25,288 bases of DNA from an uncultured Bacteroidota bacterium (lineage in GTDB: Bacteria; Bacteroidota; Bacteroidia; Bacteroidales; P3): contig CACXCY010000229.1 of the NCBI GenBank assembly GCA_902766265.1, forward strand, positions 1-25,288. The letters are read 5' to 3'. The notes beneath the pieces are model-generated. The model saw only the letters and a program-made list of their open reading frames with translations. It was not told the origin of the DNA and searched no databases. Made by a program: the position numbers and the translations under genes. Shown here piece after piece: positions 16,471 through 25,288 of the stretch. The first letter of the stretch is position 1; every line of letters starts with the position of its first letter.

Positions 16471-17229
16471 CTATTTCTTTCGGTCACTCCCAATGTTGGC
16501 TCCGATAAATTGACGATTGAGTCGGGCAATATTCTGTCGTTTGATTTGTTTGGGGCATTCGGCCTCGCAAGCATAGGTGTTTGTACAACTACCAAACCCC
16601 AGTTCATCCATTTTGCACACCATATTTTTTACGCGGTTTTGTGCTTCAATTTGTCCTTGGGGAAGCAACGCAAGATGGGAGACTTTTGCTCCGACAAAAA
16701 GCATGGCACTTGCGTTTTTGCAAGCAGCCACGCATGCCCCGCAGCCGATACATTCAGCAGCATCCATGGCCATATCGGCTTTGTGTTTTGGAATGAGTAT
16801 CGTATTGGCGTCTGGAACTCCTCCGGTAGTCACGCTAATGTAGCCGCCAGCTTGGATAATTTTGTCGAAGGCAGAACGATTCACCACCAAATCTTTTATG
16901 ACGGGAAATGCTTTAGCTCTCCAGGGCTCTATCCAAATGTCTTCGCCATTGTTGAATTTACGCATGTGCAGTTGACAGGTGGTTATTCCGTCATCATTAC
17001 CATGAGGACGTCCGTTGATGTAAAGACCACACATTCCACAGATGCCTTCGCGGCAGTCGTTGTCGAAGCATATGGGGTGATCGATATGGTCGTTGATTAG
17101 TTTTTCGTTGAGAATATCAAGCATCTCCAGGAAAGAACAATCGGGGGATATATTCTCAATCTGGTATGTTTCGAAGTGACCCTTGGATTGTGCGTTTGCC
17201 TGACGCCATATATGCAGTGTGAAATTCAT
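16471..17229 (-). CDS. sdhB: Succinate dehydrogenase/fumarate reductase iron-sulfur subunit
   Basis: [20 protein letters not shown] and [12 protein letters not shown] cluster motifs. Confidence 0.96.
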   Translation of the reverse strand: MNFTLHIWRQANAQSKGHFETYQIENISPDCSFLEMLDILNEKLINDHIDHPICFDNDCREGICGMCGLYINGRPHGNDDGITTCQLHMRKFNNGEDIWIEPWRAKAFPVIKDLVVNRSAFDKIIQAGGYISVTTGGVPDANTILIPKHKADMAMDAAECIGCGACVAACKNASAMLFVGAKVSHLALLPQGQIEAQNRVKNMVCKMDELGFGSCTNTYACEAECPKQIKRQNIARLNRQFIGANIGSDRKK

Positions 17230-17330
17230 AGCCGTACTTTTGGTCGTTTATACATTAAATAGCCACATGGGTTCTGTTTGTTTTTCGCTTTGTCGCACGT
17301 TCGTTTGTTTGTTGTGTTACAATCCACTAC

Positions 17331-19262
17331 TTACTTGTAGTTACGTTTGGCAATCTGGATGTGTTCGTAGTTGAGAGTCTCTTTGTGGAGGGTTTCGGGT
17401 TGGGCGTGGCCTTGATATTGCCATGCTGCGACATACATATAGTGTTCGTCGTCGCGCAACGTTTCCCCATCTTCGGTCTGATACTCTGTGCGGAAGTGAC
17501 CACCGCAACTTTCTTCGCGATGAAGGGCATCGGTGGCTATCAGGCGTGCCAACTCAAAATAATCAGCTAATCGGTACGCTTTTTCCAACTCGGGATTATA
17601 CTCGTATGCATTGCCGGTGACGTGGACATCTTTCCAGAAATTATTCTCTAATTCGTCAATGTGATGTATAGCTTCTTTGATACTGTCAGCGTTACGTGCC
17701 ATGCCAACATGTTCCCACATTATTTTGCCCAAGGTTTTGTGGAAATGGTCAACCGTGTGGGTACCTTGAATGTTTATCAGCTGTTCAATACGTTGTTTCG
17801 CGCATTGTTCGGCTTCATCAAATTCGGGAGTGTTGGACGCTATGTTGCCAACATATATTTGGTCGGCGAGATAGTTCTGTATAGTGTAGGGAAGTACGAA
17901 ATATCCATCGGCGAGCCCTTGCATTAATGCAGATGCACCGAGTCGATTGGCTCCATGGTCACTGAAATTTGCTTCACCGGCGGCAAAGAGTCCAGAAATG
18001 GTTGTCTGTAACTCGTAGTCGACCCAGAGCCCTCCCATGGTATAGTGGACAGCAGGGTAAATCATCATCGGGGTTTTGTAAGGGTCCTCGTCAACGATTT
18101 TCTGATACATTTGGAATAGGTTGCCATAACGCTGCTCTACCACGTCTTTCCCTAGACGTTTAATGGCGTCTGCAAAGTCAAGAAATACGGCTAATCCTGT
18201 AGGTCCTACACCATAGCCAGCATCACAACGTTCTTTGGCGGCACGAGAGGCAACGTCACGGGGAACAAGGTTTCCAAAAGCTGGATAGCGGCGCTCCAAA
18301 TAGTAATCGCGGTCTTCTTCTCTGATGTCGCAGGCCTTCAACTGACCTTTTCGCAGCGCTTCCGCATCTTCCTTCTTTTTGGGTACCCAAATACGACCGT
18401 CGTTGCGCAAACTTTCACTCATGAGTGTTAGTTTTGATTGGTAGTCACCATGTACGGGAATGCAGGTTGGATGGATTTGTACATAGCAAGGATTGGCAAA
18501 ATAGGCACCTTTCTTGTGGCATTGCCATGCGGCTGACACGTTGCTGTTCATGGCATTCGTGGACAAGTAATACACATTGCCATAGCCGCCAGTGGCTACT
18601 ATGACGGCATGTGCGGCGTATCGTTCTAGTTTACCTGTGACGAGATCTCGTGCGATAATGCCCCGAGCCCGACCATCAACAACAACTAGTTCCATCATTT
18701 CGTGGCGTTCGTGTAGTTTGACAGAGCCACGTGCTATCTCCCGGCTCAGCGCCCCATAGGCACCTAATAGCAGTTGTTGTCCCGTTTGTCCACGCGCGTA
18801 GAATGTACGGCTTACTTGGGCACCTCCAAAGGAACGGTTGTCAAGGAGTCCACCATAATCGCGAGCAAAGGGTACGCCTTGAGCGACACATTGGTCAATA
18901 ATATTTCCGCTTACCTCGGCTAATCGATACACATTGGCTTCGCGCGCACGGTAGTCACCGCCTTTGATAGTGTCGCGAAATAGGCGTTCCACGCTGTCGC
19001 CGTCGTTCTGATAGTTTTTCGCGGCATTGATGCCTCCTTGGGCAGCTATGGAATGTGCGCGTCTGGGGGAGTCTTGAATGCAGAATATATCAACATTAAA
19101 TCCCAAAGCACCTAATGATGCTGCAGCTGATGCGCCTGCTAGTCCTGTACCTACAACGATGATGTTTAGTTTGCGTTTGTTGGCAGGGTTGACTAGTTTT
19201 TGGGATGCTTTGTAGTTAGTCCATTTTTCGGGAAGGGGACCTGAGGGTATCTTGGAATCCAT
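17331..19262 (-). CDS. sdhA: Succinate dehydrogenase/fumarate reductase flavoprotein subunit
   Basis: [21 protein letters not shown] (covalent FAD His), [40 protein letters not shown]. Confidence 0.97.
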   Translation of the reverse strand: MDSKIPSGPLPEKWTNYKASQKLVNPANKRKLNIIVVGTGLAGASAAASLGALGFNVDIFCIQDSPRRAHSIAAQGGINAAKNYQNDGDSVERLFRDTIKGGDYRAREANVYRLAEVSGNIIDQCVAQGVPFARDYGGLLDNRSFGGAQVSRTFYARGQTGQQLLLGAYGALSREIARGSVKLHERHEMMELVVVDGRARGIIARDLVTGKLERYAAHAVIVATGGYGNVYYLSTNAMNSNVSAAWQCHKKGAYFANPCYVQIHPTCIPVHGDYQSKLTLMSESLRNDGRIWVPKKKEDAEALRKGQLKACDIREEDRDYYLERRYPAFGNLVPRDVASRAAKERCDAGYGVGPTGLAVFLDFADAIKRLGKDVVEQRYGNLFQMYQKIVDEDPYKTPMMIYPAVHYTMGGLWVDYELQTTISGLFAAGEANFSDHGANRLGASALMQGLADGYFVLPYTIQNYLADQIYVGNIASNTPEFDEAEQCAKQRIEQLINIQGTHTVDHFHKTLGKIMWEHVGMARNADSIKEAIHHIDELENNFWKDVHVTGNAYEYNPELEKAYRLADYFELARLIATDALHREESCGGHFRTEYQTEDGETLRDDEHYMYVAAWQYQGHAQPETLHKETLNYEHIQIAKRNYK

Positions 19263-19310
19263 GGATATGTCTGTTCGTTGGAAGATTATGTTGGGTGCGT
19301 TTTGGGACGA

Positions 19311-20276
19311 CTAGAATAATAACAGGATGCCAATGGGGATGCTGGCAAACATTAGGCATATACACCATGCGTATATGATGCCAATGATTTCTATGGCGCG
19401 ATAGTATTTGTAGTTGGAAAGACCTAATGTCTGAAATGCAGCTTCAAATGCGTGGCGCATGTGGAACCATAGTATGGCGAAAAACAACAGGTACATAACT
19501 ACCATTAGCGGTCTCTTGAACAGTTGGTGTACCATATTGTAGAAATCGGGTTCTACATCAATGGTGGGTATGGCTTTCTCTAATAAGACTTTGTCGTCAT
19601 AATTGATTTGTGTAATCCATTTGTGGTCGCTGGACACCATGCTGTTGTCTATCCGTTGGAGGAAATCAATAACGGGTATTGCGCGTTTCATGGCTTCGGT
19701 TTCATTGGCGAGTTTGCTAAAGTCATCCTCAGGTAGCATGGATTTATATACCTCAAGATTCTGTTCGTATTGACCGATGAAATCTTGAGGGGTTGTTTCC
19801 ATTTGGTCGCAATAGTGTTGCAGGGTGATAACTTCGTCGCTCTGGATATCTTCAATCTTGGCCATATATATTCTCTTCACCACCCCAATCTTTACGAGAT
19901 AGAAATCGTAGAAATGTAGCCCAATACAAATGAGTAGTAGTGTTCCTGTAAGTATCATCAGCTTTGATGATGGTGCAGTTTTGCTTTTCGTAGGTATGTG
20001 ATAGGGGATAGGCCGGGCTTTCTTGTTTTGGAACCACAAGATGATTGTGAGGATGATGTGCAACAGAATGCTTGCCAGAAGTAAAATTTCGAATATTTTT
20101 ACAATAATATTACTGCCCATAAAATGGCAAAACGCCGAATAGGCACTCCCGCCATCGTCTTTAAGCACTAGCAAGTTTGCTGTAGCGTGAAAAAGTAGGA
20201 ACAGTAGCAGAAATGCCCCCAATAGTGCTACGACAATTTTCTTTGTTATGGAGGATATTTTAATTAGTTTGTCCAT
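19311..20276 (-). CDS. sdhC: Succinate dehydrogenase/fumarate reductase cytochrome b subunit with a large loop insertion
   Basis: SSITKKIVVALLG, four heme His ligands (H36, H79, H127, H278 in ORF-track numbering), HAFEAAFQTLG; first gene of sdhCAB. Start is probably ATG 20276 (MDKLIK), not 20294. Confidence 0.92.
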   Translation of the reverse strand: MDKLIKISSITKKIVVALLGAFLLLFLLFHATANLLVLKDDGGSAYSAFCHFMGSNIIVKIFEILLLASILLHIILTIILWFQNKKARPIPYHIPTKSKTAPSSKLMILTGTLLLICIGLHFYDFYLVKIGVVKRIYMAKIEDIQSDEVITLQHYCDQMETTPQDFIGQYEQNLEVYKSMLPEDDFSKLANETEAMKRAIPVIDFLQRIDNSMVSSDHKWITQINYDDKVLLEKAIPTIDVEPDFYNMVHQLFKRPLMVVMYLLFFAILWFHMRHAFEAAFQTLGLSNYKYYRAIEIIGIIYAWCICLMFASIPIGILLLF

Positions 20277-20297
20277 TTTTCTTGTATGTTCCAATAA

Positions 20298-20720
20298 TTA
20301 GATTCGATTGCCTTGGAAATCGAAGCGCATTTCGAGGCCGTTGCTGAGGTGGATTTTGTAGCCCTCGGTTTCTTTGTCCATGCGTACAATCTTGTATTTG
20401 GGACAATTCTCAAGAACATAGCGACGAATGCCTGCAGGTACGGCGCTTTTCGTCACCTCTTTGTCGGCAGAGATGTCTTTCCAGCTGCCGTCGCGGTTAA
20501 AATTGATTAGAGTGCCGTCAACAAGTGTGACTTCGTAAGCGACATCGAACCCTTGGGTTATCTTAATGATTTTGGATGGCGATACGTTGTTCCAGTTGTT
20601 TTGTATATACTTCATTGCAGCAGACGGTAGTTGGTCGCGTTTGATGCTGTGGCGCTCTTGGGCACAGATGCTCCCAGTCAGGAGTATTACTCCGATGGCG
20701 ATAAGAAGTGTCTTTTTCAT
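20298..20720 (-). CDS. Secreted PepSY-like (BLIP-like, PF11396-type) two-repeat protein
   Basis: Signal peptide MKKTLLIAIGV...; two repeats, LPSAAMKYIQ...YEVTLVDG..INFNRDGSW and VPAGIRRYV...YKIHLSNG.EMRFDFQGN. Start moved to ATG 20720. Confidence 0.85.
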   Translation of the reverse strand: MKKTLLIAIGVILLTGSICAQERHSIKRDQLPSAAMKYIQNNWNNVSPSKIIKITQGFDVAYEVTLVDGTLINFNRDGSWKDISADKEVTKSAVPAGIRRYVLENCPKYKIVRMDKETEGYKIHLSNGLEMRFDFQGNRI

Positions 20721-20817
20721 GGCGTATTGTATTTTTGATTTTTTCAATATTTTGTACCTGCAAATAGGTGATTTATTGTGGTTCTTGCGCAATTATTTTG
20801 TTTGATATCAGAATCTG

Positions 20818-22200
20818 TCACGCGGAAAATTCCAATAAAGAACCTTTGTGCTTAAAGGAATGCTCCATTGCTGCTGCATCGAACGCCACATTCCCGTTTA
20901 CAAAAGTTTTTTCTATACGGGTGTGGAACGTTTGCCCTTCCAGCGGCGACCATCCGCATTTATATAGTATATTATCTTTATTTATGGTTTGCTCAACGCC
21001 AGTACGTACCAATGTGAGGTCGGCATAATAGCCCTTTCGGATAAAGCCGCGCTTTTTGATGCCAAACAATACGGCAGGGTTGTGGCACATCTTTTCTACG
21101 ATGAGAGGAACCCATGTGTCAATTAGTTCGGCATGGTCGGATATAGGACTATAGCATGCCTCCAGCATCATCTGCAAGGTATGCTGTATGGATGGAATGC
21201 CGCTTGGCGCATCGAAATAGTTTTTCTGTTTTGAATCCCATGTATGTGGAGCGTGGTCACTACCGATGGTGTCAAGCAATCCATCGTAGAGGGCGGCCCA
21301 CAGGGCCAGTCGGTCATTATTGCTTTTAATTGAAGGGTTGCATTTGATAAGGTTGCCTAATTCCGTATAATCGCGGTCATCGTACCATAGATGGTTTGGA
21401 GTTACTTCTGCGGTAATTCTCTTTTCGACAAGTAGCTTGTTGCTAAGCATATTGAGCTCCGTGGCACTACTCACATGGGCAATATGCAGTCGCGTTCCGT
21501 ATTTTAAGGCCCTTTCAATGGCTTTGTATGTGGATACGTAGCACGCTTCCGTGTTGCGAATCTTGGGATGTAGAGCGGCCCGCTCTTTGTCTGTGCCGGC
21601 AAATTCTGCTTTGTACAGTTTCATGTTGGCTTGCACGATGGATTCCTCTTCGCAATGGGCTACGATGAGTTTTCGCGAGTGTTGGAAAAGATGGTCAAGT
21701 CGCGTTGCGTCGTTGACCAGCATGTTTCCTGTAGATGATCCAAGAAAGAGTTTGATGGCAGCGTAGCGTTGGGTATCTATGGAAATCAGTTCGTCGATGT
21801 TGTCGTTGGTTGCGCCGAGCATAAATCCGTAGTTGACCACAGATTTTTCAGCCGCCATTTTTTCCTTTTGTTCCAAAAGGGGTAGGGTGGTGGTTTGAGG
21901 TATGGTGTTGGGCATGTCGATGACCGACGTTACCCCACCGGCGGCAGCCGCGCGACTTTCGGTGGCGAAGTCTGCCTTCTCGGTCATGCCGGGGTCGCGG
22001 AAATGCACATGTGTATCAATAATGCCTGGCAGCAGCAGACATTCTGTGGCATCAATTGTTTCGTAAGATGCAGATGCGGGAATCTGGGGTTGTTTGTCTG
22101 GTGAGAAAATTTTGACTATCTTGCCATCGGAAATGTAAATCGAGGCCTCGCGCAGCGAGCCCTCGTTTACTATTGTCGCGTTTCTTATAAGGTAATCCAT
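20818..22200 (-). CDS. pyrC: Dihydroorotase (type I, multifunctional-complex type)
   Basis: PGIIDTHVHFRDPG, AAAGGVTSVIDMPNT, IKLFLGSSTG, IKCNPSIK, GSDHAPH, KMCHNPA. Confidence 0.92.
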   Translation of the reverse strand: MDYLIRNATIVNEGSLREASIYISDGKIVKIFSPDKQPQIPASASYETIDATECLLLPGIIDTHVHFRDPGMTEKADFATESRAAAAGGVTSVIDMPNTIPQTTTLPLLEQKEKMAAEKSVVNYGFMLGATNDNIDELISIDTQRYAAIKLFLGSSTGNMLVNDATRLDHLFQHSRKLIVAHCEEESIVQANMKLYKAEFAGTDKERAALHPKIRNTEACYVSTYKAIERALKYGTRLHIAHVSSATELNMLSNKLLVEKRITAEVTPNHLWYDDRDYTELGNLIKCNPSIKSNNDRLALWAALYDGLLDTIGSDHAPHTWDSKQKNYFDAPSGIPSIQHTLQMMLEACYSPISDHAELIDTWVPLIVEKMCHNPAVLFGIKKRGFIRKGYYADLTLVRTGVEQTINKDNILYKCGWSPLEGQTFHTRIEKTFVNGNVAFDAAAMEHSFKHKGSLLEFSA

Positions 22201-22249
22201 AATCGCGGCATGCTTGTGTGTAAGCGTTTCCCGGTAGTGTTGGTTCTGG

Positions 22250-23602
22250 TTAGAATTTCTTTTTACTGCTCCATTTCCGGCCAGCTACGGATGCTTCCGA
22301 AGAGGTGTTGTATATGTTGGCGACGACGAAACGTCCAGTATGGTCGATGCATCCCCAGCGCCCATCCATCTTGGCGGGAGCTGTGCGGTTGTTCCATGAA
22401 TAGATAAATTCCTTACCGTCTTCGAATGTGGGATTGATGACCCATTGGCCTTTGAAATCAACCCATCCCCAATAGCCATTCTCTGGATTTTTGATAGGAT
22501 AGAGCCAATGTCCAAGCTCTTGGTCGTTGTCCCATTCATAGCCGGCGCGCTCTGCTTCGCGAGAAAGTGTGAATACGTTCTTCGATAGCCATTCACCTGC
22601 GGCGCCAATACTGCACCAGTAGCCGTCCATCTTGGCGGTTGCAAACTCTCCTGTGTCGTTTACAAAGTGCGATGCGCCCTCGTACATGGGTTCAATACAC
22701 CATTCTCCAGTATAATCCACCCATCCCCATTTTTGGGTTTGGATATCGGTTACGGGATAGCGCCATTTGTCGATGGCACGGCCGTGTTCGAGTTGGCTAA
22801 GGGCGTAGTCGGCAATTTGCATAGAGGGAAATATCATCTGGGATATTACTTTTCCATAACGGTCAATACTGCCCCAGCGGCCATTTTTCTTTACCTGGGC
22901 ATAAATATAGTTGTGGTCTTTGCCAAAGTAGTCGTAGTCCTCGTATTCGGGTTGCACCATCCAGCGCCCCAGATAATTCACGTATCCCCATAGGTTGTTG
23001 TCTTTTCCTTGGGTGGGATAGCGCCATGTGTCGTAGTGCAAGCCGTTGATCCATTGTTTTCCAGCAAGGTCGGCGTGTTCTTGCGCCATGAAGATGGGGG
23101 CTATCACCATAACGCCTTTGCCGTCGATGCAGCCCCAACGGCCATCGTATTTGACTGTGGCATAATTCATGGGTTCTACGCCATAGAAGGGACGGGCGTC
23201 TTCATAAACGGGCTCAAATTTCCATTTGCCGTAGTAATCCACAAATCCCCATTTGTCTGTGGCTGTGTTCTGGGCAGGATAAACCCATTTGCCAGGTTCG
23301 TCGCCGCTTTCCCATTGCTTGCCTGCCTCTTCGGCTTCTTCGGCAGAGTGGAAAATGTTGCGGACAATCATTTCGCCACGCACGTCGCAGCATCCCCAGG
23401 CGCCGTCCAGTTTGACTACGGCAAACTTTTTGAAATGGCCTTGAAAGGGATTGGCGTGCGAGAACTGTGGAGCAATCTGCCAGCCGCCTTCCGCGTTCTT
23501 ATAGCCGTACAGACGACTACTTTTCTCTTGTGACAGAGTTTGGGCCATAGTACCGCCAATGAGGGTAAATGTCAACAAAATGAGTATTGTGAGTCTTTTC
23601 AT
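22250..23602 (-). CDS. Secreted WG-repeat protein made of five modules of about 87 aa
   Basis: Signal peptide; repeated WG[FYW]V[DN]Y.G.W.I.P.YE.A..F and K.DGRWGCID..G motifs. Confidence 0.9.
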   Translation of the reverse strand: MKRLTILILLTFTLIGGTMAQTLSQEKSSRLYGYKNAEGGWQIAPQFSHANPFQGHFKKFAVVKLDGAWGCCDVRGEMIVRNIFHSAEEAEEAGKQWESGDEPGKWVYPAQNTATDKWGFVDYYGKWKFEPVYEDARPFYGVEPMNYATVKYDGRWGCIDGKGVMVIAPIFMAQEHADLAGKQWINGLHYDTWRYPTQGKDNNLWGYVNYLGRWMVQPEYEDYDYFGKDHNYIYAQVKKNGRWGSIDRYGKVISQMIFPSMQIADYALSQLEHGRAIDKWRYPVTDIQTQKWGWVDYTGEWCIEPMYEGASHFVNDTGEFATAKMDGYWCSIGAAGEWLSKNVFTLSREAERAGYEWDNDQELGHWLYPIKNPENGYWGWVDFKGQWVINPTFEDGKEFIYSWNNRTAPAKMDGRWGCIDHTGRFVVANIYNTSSEASVAGRKWSSKKKF

Positions 23603-23633
23603 AAGGGAGGAAATTTCTATTAAGACTAATTTG

Positions 23634-23641
23634 CAAAGATA
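23634..23641 (-). promoter_or_regulatory. Bacteroidetes -7 element for the WG-repeat/pyrC cluster
   Basis: CAAAGATA on the plus strand reads TATCTTTG on the minus strand, 31 nt upstream of ATG 23602. Confidence 0.7.
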
Positions 23642-23713
23642 CGATTTTTTTTCAATTGTGTACCGTAAATAATCATTTTATTATAAAAAGCTTCATTTTT
23701 CTGAAAAAACTCG

Positions 23714-23721
23714 TATCTTTG
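23714..23721 (+). promoter_or_regulatory. Bacteroidetes -7 element for glyA
   Basis: TATCTTTG followed by CA, 41 nt upstream of ATG 23763. Confidence 0.75.
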
Positions 23722-23762
23722 CAAGATATTAAGTAAATTTTTTAATTCAAAACAATATTGAT

Positions 23763-25040
23763 ATGCAAAGAGATACTGAAATTTTCAATCTCATCCAGAA
23801 AGAGAGAGAACGCCAGACAAAGGGCATCGAGTTGATTGCCTCTGAAAACTTTGTTAGCGACCAGGTGATGGAGGCCATGGGCTCCGTTATGACCAACAAA
23901 TATGCCGAGGGTTATCCCGGCAAGCGCTACTACGGCGGATGCCAAGTGGTCGACCAGAGTGAAACTATCGCTATTGAGCGCGCCAAGAAACTTTATGGTG
24001 CTGAGTGGGCTAATGTCCAACCTCACAGCGGCGCTCAGGCAAATATGGCCGTATTCATGGCTTGCATGAAAGCTGGCGATACCTTTATGGGTATGGACCT
24101 CAATCACGGCGGTCACCTTTCTCACGGCAGCCCGGTCAATTTCAGCGGTCTTATGTTCCACGCCATTTCCTACGAGGTGAAAGAAGAAACGGGTACCGTT
24201 GACTATGATATGATGGAAACCCGCGCTATGGAAGGCAAGCCCAAGATCATCATCGGCGGCGGCAGCGCCTACAGCCGTGACTGGGATTGGAAACGCATGC
24301 GTGAAATTGCGGATAAATGTGGTGCCCTCCTCATGGGCGACATCAGTCACCCCAGCGGCCTTATCGCTAAAGGTCACCTAGAAAATGCTGTGAAATATTG
24401 CCACATCGTAACCACCACCACGCATAAGACTCTTCGTGGACCTCGCGGCGGTATGATTCTTCTGGGTAAGGATTTCGATAATCCTTGGGGTAAGACGACT
24501 CCCAAAGGCGAGATTAAGAAGATGAGCGCTCTCCTTGATAGTGCAGTGTTCCCCGGCACGCAGGGTGGCCCTCTGGAGCATGTGATTGCGGCCAAAGCCG
24601 TTGCCCTCGGAGAAGCTTTGACCGATGACTATGACCGTTACATTGTCCAGGTGATGAAGAATGCCAAGATGATGAGCCAGGCCTTTATGGATAAGGGTTA
24701 CAAGGTGATTAGCGGCGGTACCGACAACCACCTGATGTTGATTGACCTGCGTCCTAAGTTCCCCGAAATGACGGGCAAAGAAGCTGAGAACGCACTTGTG
24801 GCCGCCGATATTACGGTTAACAAAAACATGGTTCCGTTCGATAGCCGTAGTGCATTCAAGACCAGCGGTCTTCGTGTGGGAACGCCTGCTATCACCACCC
24901 GTGGTTTGAAAGAGGACGATATGAAGGGTATCGTTGATATGATTGATACCGTTCTTTGCGATCCGACCGAAGCTACGATAGCCAAGATCCGTAAGCAAGT
25001 CAACGATATGATGATTGACCGTCCGCTTTTCGCTTGGTAG
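23763..25040 (+). CDS. glyA: Serine hydroxymethyltransferase
   Basis: [56 protein letters not shown] (PLP Lys), SGLRVGTPA. Confidence 0.98.
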   Translation: MQRDTEIFNLIQKERERQTKGIELIASENFVSDQVMEAMGSVMTNKYAEGYPGKRYYGGCQVVDQSETIAIERAKKLYGAEWANVQPHSGAQANMAVFMACMKAGDTFMGMDLNHGGHLSHGSPVNFSGLMFHAISYEVKEETGTVDYDMMETRAMEGKPKIIIGGGSAYSRDWDWKRMREIADKCGALLMGDISHPSGLIAKGHLENAVKYCHIVTTTTHKTLRGPRGGMILLGKDFDNPWGKTTPKGEIKKMSALLDSAVFPGTQGGPLEHVIAAKAVALGEALTDDYDRYIVQVMKNAKMMSQAFMDKGYKVISGGTDNHLMLIDLRPKFPEMTGKEAENALVAADITVNKNMVPFDSRSAFKTSGLRVGTPAITTRGLKEDDMKGIVDMIDTVLCDPTEATIAKIRKQVNDMMIDRPLFAW

Positions 25041-25089
25041 TCAGCTTTGTATTGGCTATGGCGCTATTCGTCTAAGCCCAATAAGTAAG

Positions 25090-25119
25090 AGAGGGGGCAC
25101 GCAAATGCGTGCCCCCTCT
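25090..25119 (+). terminator. Strong stem-loop after glyA, probable terminator
   Basis: Perfect 13-bp stem AGAGGGGGCACGC-aaat-GCGTGCCCCCTCT followed by TCTGTT. Confidence 0.8.
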
Positions 25120-25183
25120 TCTGTTACAGTCAATTACGGATTGACGAATGTTCTTCTGGATACCCCGAATTTGGGTTGTTCAA

Positions 25184-25229
25184 AAGTTAGACTTAAGTTA
25201 GACTTAGGTTAGAGTTAGGTTAGAGTTAG
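25184..25229. repeat. 11-bp tandem array (2x aagttagactt, 2x aggttagagtt, then ag)
   Basis: Read directly from the sequence; intergenic, downstream of the glyA terminator. Confidence 0.9.
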
Positions 25230-25288
25230 AAAATGGAGTTTTTGTCTGCCGATTTCATTATGGATTTTTCAATCGGCAAGAAATGGGG

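Noticed and set aside
17230-17330. 101-bp low-complexity spacer between sdhA and sdhB
   Set aside because: A-rich on the coding strand, as in typical Bacteroidota translation-initiation regions; no convincing hairpin, repeat or ORF.
23722-23762. Riboswitch (ZTP or THF) upstream of glyA
   Set aside because: The predicted leader is only about 35 nt and AT-rich, too short for an aptamer.
1-25288. Mobile elements, tRNA/rRNA genes, alternative genetic code
   Set aside because: No transposase, integrase or structural RNA signature recognised; all conserved genes translate intact with the standard bacterial code.

Overview
Chromosomal, mostly housekeeping segment of a Bacteroidota genome, probably Bacteroidales. 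The assignment rests on TAnnTTTG promoters, a T9SS-like C-terminal domain, DUF2723, WG-repeat and PepSY-like proteins, and a Bacteroidetes-type sdhCAB. Gene order: minus-strand sppA - FGE-sulfatase-domain protein - carbon-nitrogen hydrolase (aguB-like, cut by the window edge); plus-strand beta-barrel OMP, S41 protease, arginine deiminase, DUF2723 membrane protein, small ribbon-helix-helix (RHH) protein, stand-alone atpB, pgk, ygiQ; minus-strand WG-repeat protein - pyrC - PepSY-like - sdhC - sdhA - sdhB - T9SS cargo; plus-strand glyA. No mobile element, CRISPR array, tRNA or rRNA was seen. Most notable observations: (1) an 83-aa RHH protein whose tail carries two tandem sliding-clamp-type motifs (QLGLF, QIDIF); (2) an intact atpB with no adjacent atp genes; (3) an SdhC/FrdC with an extra loop of about 100 aa; (4) two unrelated, gradually drifting 11-bp-period intergenic arrays rich in stop codons; (5) a DUF2723 GT-C-like candidate protein O-glycosyltransferase. 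All family assignments come from motif recognition by eye, not from database searches.
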